From a virus: a DNA stretch of 56,049 bases. A program made the translations under genes and the position numbers. Location of the stretch: positions 1 through 56,049 of IMG/VR virus record IMGVR_UViG_3300031520_000003; one strand, 5' to 3'. A model generated the notes under the pieces. It made no database searches, was not told the DNA's origin, and saw nothing but the letters and a program-made list of their open reading frames with translations. Positions 51,319 to 56,049 of the stretch are shown one piece after another (position 1 is the first letter of the stretch; every line of letters begins with the position of its first letter).

Positions 51319-51407
51319 ATCAATCCTTCCTCCTGTCCAATCGGCTGTCCTGGTCTCCGTGATCGAGACCGTCTTTCGGTTGATGATCGTCATATCAATC
51401 CTTCCTC
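51296..51407 (-). CRISPR. Candidate mini-array: 37-bp repeat, 38-bp spacer, 37-bp repeat
   Basis: GTCTTTCGGTTGATGATCGTCATATCAATCCTTCCTC occurs perfectly at 51296-51332 and 51371-51407. The 38-bp insert matches tail-fibre bases 33652-33689 at 32/38 positions. Confidence 0.4.
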
Positions 51408-51472
51408 GGCCCGTGAATGCCGCCACGTCTTTCCCTGCCTTCCCTTCCTTCGTATCGAAAGGTGCCTGAAGA

Positions 51473-51517
51473 AAGACAAAAACGGCATTCGACTCCTACG
51501 AAGGAATCGAACGCCGT
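51473..51517 (-). terminator. Rho-independent terminator, minus-strand specific
   Basis: A 16-bp stem with a 4-nt loop (51482-51517). The two non-Watson-Crick positions are G-U on the minus-strand RNA but A-C on the plus-strand RNA. A U-run follows on the minus strand. Confidence 0.7.
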
Positions 51518-52108
51518 TAATCGTTTGCCGTCACTGGCACGTTCACAGATGTTTCAAACCCGATACGGGAAGCTGGGATGGAGGATGCCTTGTGTTCGTC
51601 ATCCTACCCTGATGGAATGCGTATCATGCAGAAGCATTCCATCCTCATCACCTGCATTGCGAAACGGATCCGCACAACACAAGGCTTTTCCTGCTCCATA
51701 TGGAGCAAGCTGGCTTTCCTCCTCGCCAGGACACTTTCAACAATTGGGTATGCTCAGAGTATAGCACACACAAGACGAATCAGGAAGCTTCGTGCTGCTC
51801 TGGAAACAGAGGGACCGTCATGAACCCCATGCCTAAAGGCGAGGGGCTTGTGTCTGGACTCCACTTCAACTCTCTTGAGCAGAATGCCTCAAGAGCTTCA
51901 GTTTCACGGTCCGACACATCAAGGCACCATGACAAGGTACCTGTCCTTTCTCAGCAGAGCGGTCAAGCTACTTCCGAAAAAGGAACGTTGTTCGACCAAG
52001 AACATTTTACCTTCGCGTGGATTTCCGCGAAGAACGCCTTATGTTCAATTATCAAAGAACCATGAGGAAAACTGTCTCTCTCTGGCGAACCAGAGTGTCT
52101 TACCCTCA
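51518..52108 (-). ncRNA. Candidate ~600-nt structured non-coding transcript / late-operon leader
   Basis: Bounded by a consensus promoter and a terminator. The track lists no minus-strand ORF of 60 aa or more here. Several perfect hairpins are present (52080-52095, 52011-52032, 51611-51643). Confidence 0.4.
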
Positions 52109-52114
52109 GGACAG

Positions 52115-52143
52115 AGTATAGCACATTGACATCTCGGTGTCAA
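52115..52143 (-). promoter_or_regulatory. Consensus sigma70 promoter, leftward (TTGACA-N17-TGcTATACT)
   Basis: Minus strand: TTGACA (52138-52143), 17-nt spacer, TATACT (52115-52120) preceded by TGC. Confidence 0.7.
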
Positions 52144-52154
52144 GCGTGTATCAT
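52126..52154 (+). promoter_or_regulatory. sigma70-like promoter, rightward (TTGACA-N17-TATCAT), leaderless start
   Basis: TTGACA 52126-52131 and TATCAT 52149-52154. ATG 52161 lies only 6 nt after the -10 box. Confidence 0.6.
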
Positions 52155-52160
52155 GGCACT

Positions 52161-52337
52161 ATGAGAAAGAAACAAGCTAATGCAACAACAATTCGACTTG
52201 AACTCGCAGATCGAGAAGCGATTGCACACATCCGAGAACTCTACGGATGTTCGTCTGATAGTGCAGCAATCAAACTCGCAGTACGCATGGTGGCAAGACA
52301 AGAGCTACCTACACGCGCCATTCCTCCTCGTGACTAG
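52161..52337 (+). CDS. ribbon-helix-helix (CopG/Arc-like) DNA-binding protein
   Basis: TIRLELADREAIAHIRELYGCSSDSAAIKLAVRMVA fits a beta-strand plus two helices. The ORF is open from 52137. Confidence 0.6.
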   Translation: MRKKQANATTIRLELADREAIAHIRELYGCSSDSAAIKLAVRMVARQELPTRAIPPRD

Positions 52338-52579
52338 AAGTCAGGGGCATCCTGGCGCGACCTGGTGAAATCCCGTCGCCATTGGTCGGGCATGAAGGAG
52401 GTGAGCCATCGAACGGGTCCGATCCGACCCTTCTCGACGCGAGCCGTCAGCTCTGCATAGCCCCCGTTACGCCGCTTAATGTAGCCAATTTCTCGATCCA
52501 GCCACTTGACCCAGGTTGGCGAGAGATGCTTGAGTTTGATCGCTGCATGCCGATCTGTGTCGTCTGTAGATGTCCCCAT
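52334..52579 (-). CDS. hypothetical protein
   Basis: 81-aa ORF, convergent with the RHH gene. Confidence 0.5.
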   Translation of the reverse strand: MGTSTDDTDRHAAIKLKHLSPTWVKWLDREIGYIKRRNGGYAELTARVEKGRIGPVRWLTSFMPDQWRRDFTRSRQDAPDF

Positions 52580-52803
52580 GCCTTGTCTCCCTGCCGTTGA
52601 ACAAATGTGCTACTCTTTCATAAAACGAATGGTACTGCTTGCTTGTAACAGCTTTCCTCGATCACGCACATCGAGACCGCGCGACCAAAGCGGGACTCTT
52701 GTCCTATTGGTGTCCTGATTGACGATTCAGATGATCTCATTTCTTCGTTGGTTCGTATGAGTTGGTACAGGGGGAATTCGCAAAGGGGCACAGAGAGACA
52801 CAC

Positions 52804-52847
52804 AAAGACGCTCGTGAAAGGATGGTTCTTTCACGAGCGTCTTTTTT
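52804..52847. terminator. Strong hairpin terminator (17-bp stem), T-run on the plus side
   Basis: AAAGACGCTCGTGAAAG-gatggtt-CTTTCACGAGCGTCTTT followed by TTT. Overlaps the stop of 52846..53079. Confidence 0.6.
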
Positions 52848-53079
52848 ACGTGCCATGTGCTGATCGTGCGTCTGCTTGATACTGCTGATCGAGGTCAAGC
52901 CATGCATCGTGGATCATGGCTTGGACAAGGCTTTTTCCTGTGGCATCTGGTTGGACCAGCCTTCGCTGTCCAACCAGAATCGCTAACTCACGCGCCGATT
53001 CTCCATCGAGAAACAGGCGTTGACGGAGGCGACCTGCACCAGTGCGAGGACCTCCGCTCCGATGTTTCTGTCCAGTCAT
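52846..53079 (-). CDS. hypothetical protein
   Basis: 77-aa ORF. Confidence 0.45.
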   Translation of the reverse strand: MTGQKHRSGGPRTGAGRLRQRLFLDGESARELAILVGQRRLVQPDATGKSLVQAMIHDAWLDLDQQYQADARSAHGT

Positions 53080-53134
53080 GCCGCTTTCCTTCGCGGGACC
53101 GGCTGCAAGGCACGGTCCCGCTCTGCTCTCCTAT

Positions 53135-53386
53135 TTACTTGATGAGCTTGACCATCGAACGGCGCATATCGCTATCCAGATAGCGATAATCGTACTCTAC
53201 GATCTGAGAACCGTACTCATCGGCATCAATACGGATACTGAGCCACTGAGCAGCGCCATAGGCATTGCTGCGATGAGACTCCACCGTGCCGTACTCAGCG
53301 GGACTGCACTCCCACATTTCGCTCTCGCAGCGCACACGCGCGCCGAGAGGGAAAATCTCTTCAAAGTTGGGCTCTTGTTGTGTCAT
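53135..53386 (-). CDS. hypothetical protein
   Basis: 83-aa ORF with GAAGAGGAGAAC upstream, downstream of a consensus promoter. Confidence 0.6.
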   Translation of the reverse strand: MTQQEPNFEEIFPLGARVRCESEMWECSPAEYGTVESHRSNAYGAAQWLSIRIDADEYGSQIVEYDYRYLDSDMRRSMVKLIK

Positions 53387-53429
53387 CGCTGTTCTCCTCT
53401 TCGTTGTCGCTCATTCTTGGTCTATTTGA

Positions 53430-53458
53430 ATTATATCATCAATCATATGGAATGTCAA
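53430..53458 (-). promoter_or_regulatory. Perfect consensus sigma70 promoter, leftward (TTGACA-N17-TATAAT)
   Basis: Minus strand: TTGACA (53453-53458), 17-nt spacer, TATAAT (53430-53435). Confidence 0.7.
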
Positions 53459-53510
53459 GAGGTTTTGGAGCAGTTTCAGAACGTGTCCAAAATTTGTGAA
53501 AAGAGGCCAC

Positions 53511-53539
53511 AAAAAAGCTCCTGGCGTGCTACCAGGAGC
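53511..53539 (-). terminator. Rho-independent terminator (minus strand)
   Basis: GCTCCTGG-N7-CCAGGAGC, with A6 on the plus strand giving U6 after the hairpin on the minus-strand RNA. Confidence 0.7.
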
Positions 53540-53631
53540 CATGCCGCCATTACAGCGACGTGCGCATAGCCTACCCTCCACTCTCTGAACACCCGTTTGT
53601 ACCGTTGCAAAGGCGCTACGATGGAAGTATA

Positions 53632-53853
53632 TCACGACAGCTTGATGCCGAGTGCTCTGGCGTGAGCACCGAGATTGCACTGCTCTGCCTCGCTGACGTG
53701 TGCATGGTACTCTTGTATCAACTGCTCCAATTGCTCGATGCGTCTTCGTGCATCACGCAACGCATATTGATCGGCGATAGCCTGTTCGACGTAGCGGCGT
53801 AATCGCTGTGCTCGCACGTCAAAGCGCGCTGTCGATTTCACTTGTGTGCTCAT
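53632..53853 (-). CDS. hypothetical coiled-coil protein
   Basis: 73-aa ORF, coupled to the upstream gene. Confidence 0.55.
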   Translation of the reverse strand: MSTQVKSTARFDVRAQRLRRYVEQAIADQYALRDARRRIEQLEQLIQEYHAHVSEAEQCNLGAHARALGIKLS

Positions 53854-54125
53854 AGCCGTTGATGCTCCTTCGCCTGAACCAGGTCCATCACATCCTGATA
53901 GTCTTGGCTCTCCTGCTCAAACACCGCAGAGACGACGCCTGGGACGATCATGCTCAGAAAGGACAGGATAGCCGCTTCCCCTGCAACACAGCACTCCTCT
54001 CGCGCCCTCTCGCTCAAATGCTCCCATGCCTTTGACGGAAACGGCGGCCCGTTGTGCTCGTGGTCAAGCTCATTCAAGCGAGCGGCAACCGCTTTGCCTA
54101 ATGCCTCTCGCAATCCTTGTTTCAT
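53850..54125 (-). CDS. hypothetical protein
   Basis: 91-aa ORF. Confidence 0.55.
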   Translation of the reverse strand: MKQGLREALGKAVAARLNELDHEHNGPPFPSKAWEHLSERAREECCVAGEAAILSFLSMIVPGVVSAVFEQESQDYQDVMDLVQAKEHQRL

Positions 54126-54479
54126 TTATGGCCTCCAGTGCTTCATCGTCTCAGCTGCACGTGCGTCGTACTGGATGCCGATGTCTGTCGCTGTCATGCC
54201 GAGGAATCGCTTCTCATACTCCTTGCTCAAGTGATCGGCTTCTGTGCCGAGTGCGAGGTTCCATTCATCTGCTGTGAAGAGCCCTTTGGCGAGACACAGC
54301 TCTAGGAGCGCATTCACCTCTGCTCTGAGCAAGAGAGTTGCTTCTCTATGGTCTCGTACCGCATCACACTCCGGGTCGCCCTTGGGACGTGTCCCAAGTT
54401 GCCAACCCGCGAAAACACTGCGCCATTTCGCCAATCGATTGACTGCTTTGAATGCTTGTTCTGCTCTATTTTTATTCAT
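54126..54479 (-). CDS. hypothetical protein
   Basis: ATGA overlap with the upstream stop at 54476-54479. The ORF is open from 54596. Confidence 0.55.
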   Translation of the reverse strand: MNKNRAEQAFKAVNRLAKWRSVFAGWQLGTRPKGDPECDAVRDHREATLLLRAEVNALLELCLAKGLFTADEWNLALGTEADHLSKEYEKRFLGMTATDIGIQYDARAAETMKHWRP

Positions 54480-54673
54480 TTCGCCTCCTGCTCTGGCAAC
54501 GCTTTGCCGATATAATAGCTGTGCAGTTTCTTGTCCTTGCGGTAATAGCCGTAGAAATACGGGCCATGCCGTTTTCCCGTTCTGCACGGATAGCAATTGG
54601 GCTTATTGCACGTGCGGTATTGTCGTTGCACGCACATCGGGATGTCATTGATAATTTTTGTTTTCGTGCTCAT
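54476..54673 (-). CDS. small zinc-ribbon protein
   Basis: CVQRQYRTCNKPNCYPCRTGKRHGPYFYGYY. Start at ATG 54673. Confidence 0.5.
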   Translation of the reverse strand: MSTKTKIINDIPMCVQRQYRTCNKPNCYPCRTGKRHGPYFYGYYRKDKKLHSYYIGKALPEQEAK

Positions 54674-54791
54674 CACCGGCCTCCTGTGTTGTAGACGGCA
54701 ACCGTTCCCAGGACAGCGAGGAGAATCGAGAGGAGAAACAGGCCGATCACGAAGGCAATGTAGACGAGTCGCATGATGGAAAGCACTCTCT

Positions 54792-54986
54792 TCAAGCCCA
54801 CACCAGCTTTCGGAACGCAAGCCAGGTGTCGCAATCCTGGCTCCGAAAGATCACTTGCTCTGGTTCGGTAATCCTCGGATTGCGCCTGGTGATCGCCTGC
54901 ATGTCCTCCTGTGTGAGATAGATCGTTTTCTTGCATTGTGGACAGATCACGAATGCGATATCAGTGCCTGATGGCTCATTGCCCAT
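54792..54986 (-). CDS. small zinc-ribbon protein
   Basis: CPQC...C. The ORF is open from 55004. Confidence 0.45.
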   Translation of the reverse strand: MGNEPSGTDIAFVICPQCKKTIYLTQEDMQAITRRNPRITEPEQVIFRSQDCDTWLAFRKLVWA

Positions 54987-55662
54987 TGTTTTTTCTTCTC
55001 TCATAGACTTCTATGTAGTCATGTATTCCATCCCACTGGACAGGCTTGTGAGAGGCGACCTCATTCCATTCCTCATGGAGAACCTTGAAGAATGCATCGT
55101 CAGCCGTACATCCACCCTCGCTTTCACCGATGTACACCAATCGCTTGCCTGAATAGGTGTTGAGGCAATGAAACGCCATCTCTTCAGCATAGGGAGGCCA
55201 GCAGAGGAAAAGTGTTCTCTCACGATGCTGAGCAAGATCGCTCGGGCCTCCACGCTGTATCGGGTGATAGACCTCCCGCAGTTCATACGAGAAATCCCCA
55301 GAGTGTGAGACGCGAGGGCTATGGTAGTGGTTGCGGGTATCCTGATCGGGCGGGAAGAGATCATAGCACAGCATATCTACGCCCAAGTGCGACAGTTGCC
55401 ATGCCCAATACCCTGTACCAGCACCCATCTCAACCGCTTTCGGACCAAGCCATTCAGCGACAAAAGCGAGCGATGCAGGGTCGGGAATAGCCCAGCTATA
55501 CTTTTCGCAATAGTCATAGCGTGAAACGAAAAGGTGCCTCGCCTCTTCCATCTTCTTGTCGGAAAGGTATTTCCCCGAACGGAATCCGTACGGATCATCA
55601 ATGGGCTTGTCTTTGATCTCATCCCAATAGGGATTGAGTGTTCGTGTCCCATATATGGTCAT
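54976..55662 (-). CDS. class I SAM-dependent methyltransferase-like protein
   Basis: Motif I VEMGAGTGYWAWQL, followed by an acidic-loop CYDLFPP. Confidence 0.55.
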   Translation of the reverse strand: MTIYGTRTLNPYWDEIKDKPIDDPYGFRSGKYLSDKKMEEARHLFVSRYDYCEKYSWAIPDPASLAFVAEWLGPKAVEMGAGTGYWAWQLSHLGVDMLCYDLFPPDQDTRNHYHSPRVSHSGDFSYELREVYHPIQRGGPSDLAQHRERTLFLCWPPYAEEMAFHCLNTYSGKRLVYIGESEGGCTADDAFFKVLHEEWNEVASHKPVQWDGIHDYIEVYERRKNNGQ

Positions 55663-55880
55663 ACCGATACTTCCTCCACTATCCCCTTGCCGAGAATGCG
55701 TTTCAGATCGTCTAAAAAGACCTCAGTTATTCGATAGTGGCAGCCTTGCAGATGCAGCCTGGTTCCCAGTTTTGCCGCTCGTAGTTGGGTGAGTTGCTCG
55801 GCTGTCCCATGATGAGCGAGCAGTGTATATATTTCTTGAGGAGGAGCCATCTGGTACAGGCTCCCCTTGCTTTTGGTCAT
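55659..55880 (-). CDS. hypothetical protein
   Basis: 73-aa ORF with ATGA coupling to the methyltransferase-like gene. Confidence 0.55.
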   Translation of the reverse strand: MTKSKGSLYQMAPPQEIYTLLAHHGTAEQLTQLRAAKLGTRLHLQGCHYRITEVFLDDLKRILGKGIVEEVSV

Positions 55881-55922
55881 ATCTTCCCCTTTCTTCAGAG
55901 TGACTTTCGTTCAAGACGCGTT

Positions 55923-56049
55923 TCCAGAGCAGGGCTGATTGCCTCGTTGCCTCAGTGCGTCTTCTTCTGGCTGTTGCCTCAGCCCATTTTCTTGCGCATG
56001 CATTCCACACTCCCCTCCCAACAGCAGTGCGAGGAAAGCGCACTCTGCG
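55923..56049. repeat. Terminal direct repeat, copy 2 (circular-closure overlap)
   Basis: Identical to bases 1-127. Confidence 0.95.

Noticed and set aside
51482-51517. tRNA-like T-arm string GGAATCGAACGCC
   Set aside because: No acceptor, D or anticodon arms can be drawn. The sequence is one arm of a 16-bp terminator hairpin followed by a U-run.
51417-52129. Four plus-strand ORFs (81-121 aa) in the 51.4-52.1 kb gap
   Set aside because: They overlap each other in different frames, lack promoters and RBSs, and run against the promoter/terminator pair that brackets the region on the minus strand.

Overview
The window is a complete, circularly closed genome of a siphovirus-like tailed dsDNA phage. 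Bases 1-127 are identical to 55923-56049, so the unique length is 55,922 bp. All functional calls were made by eye from motifs, gene order and start/stop architecture; no searches were run.

Layout:
- Minus strand, about 26.8-50.6 kb: a standard late module. It holds small and large terminase, portal, scaffold, a DUF2190-like decoration protein, major capsid, connectors, two tail-tube paralogues, a G/G-T chaperone with an A_AAA_AAC -1 slip site, a 908-aa tape measure, a 1760-aa LamG-repeat fibre, a lysis cassette and a GT2 glycosyltransferase.
- Plus strand, 7.5-26.7 kb: long, translationally coupled early/middle operons. They encode a SWIM protein, a Rad52-type annealase, a C5-cytosine methyltransferase, a MazG-like protein and many small Zn-ribbon ORFs.
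- Minus strand, 0.4-7.3 kb: an early-left arm with a lambda-O-like wHTH replication initiator.
- Two insertion sequences interrupt phage operons: a degenerate IS110 copy and a 2.36-kb ISL3 element with a passenger gene.
- I recognised no integrase, polymerase, helicase or tRNA.

Main findings:
1. An array-less type IV-B-like Csf module (csf1-cas11-csf2-csf3) plus a CysH/PAPS-reductase-like gene sits inside the early operon (14.2-17.7 kb).
2. A perfect 37-bp repeat / 38-bp spacer / 37-bp repeat unit lies at 51296-51407. Its spacer matches the phage's own tail-fibre gene at 32/38 positions, and the differences are mostly silent or conservative.
3. A consensus promoter drives an ORF-free, hairpin-rich stretch of about 600 nt that ends in a strand-specific intrinsic terminator just upstream of that unit and the packaging operon.
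4. That promoter sits back to back with the promoter of a leaderless RHH gene.
5. Orientation-independent AATTGT-core DNA motifs lie inside coding sequence.
6. A promoter-plus-leader module is duplicated.
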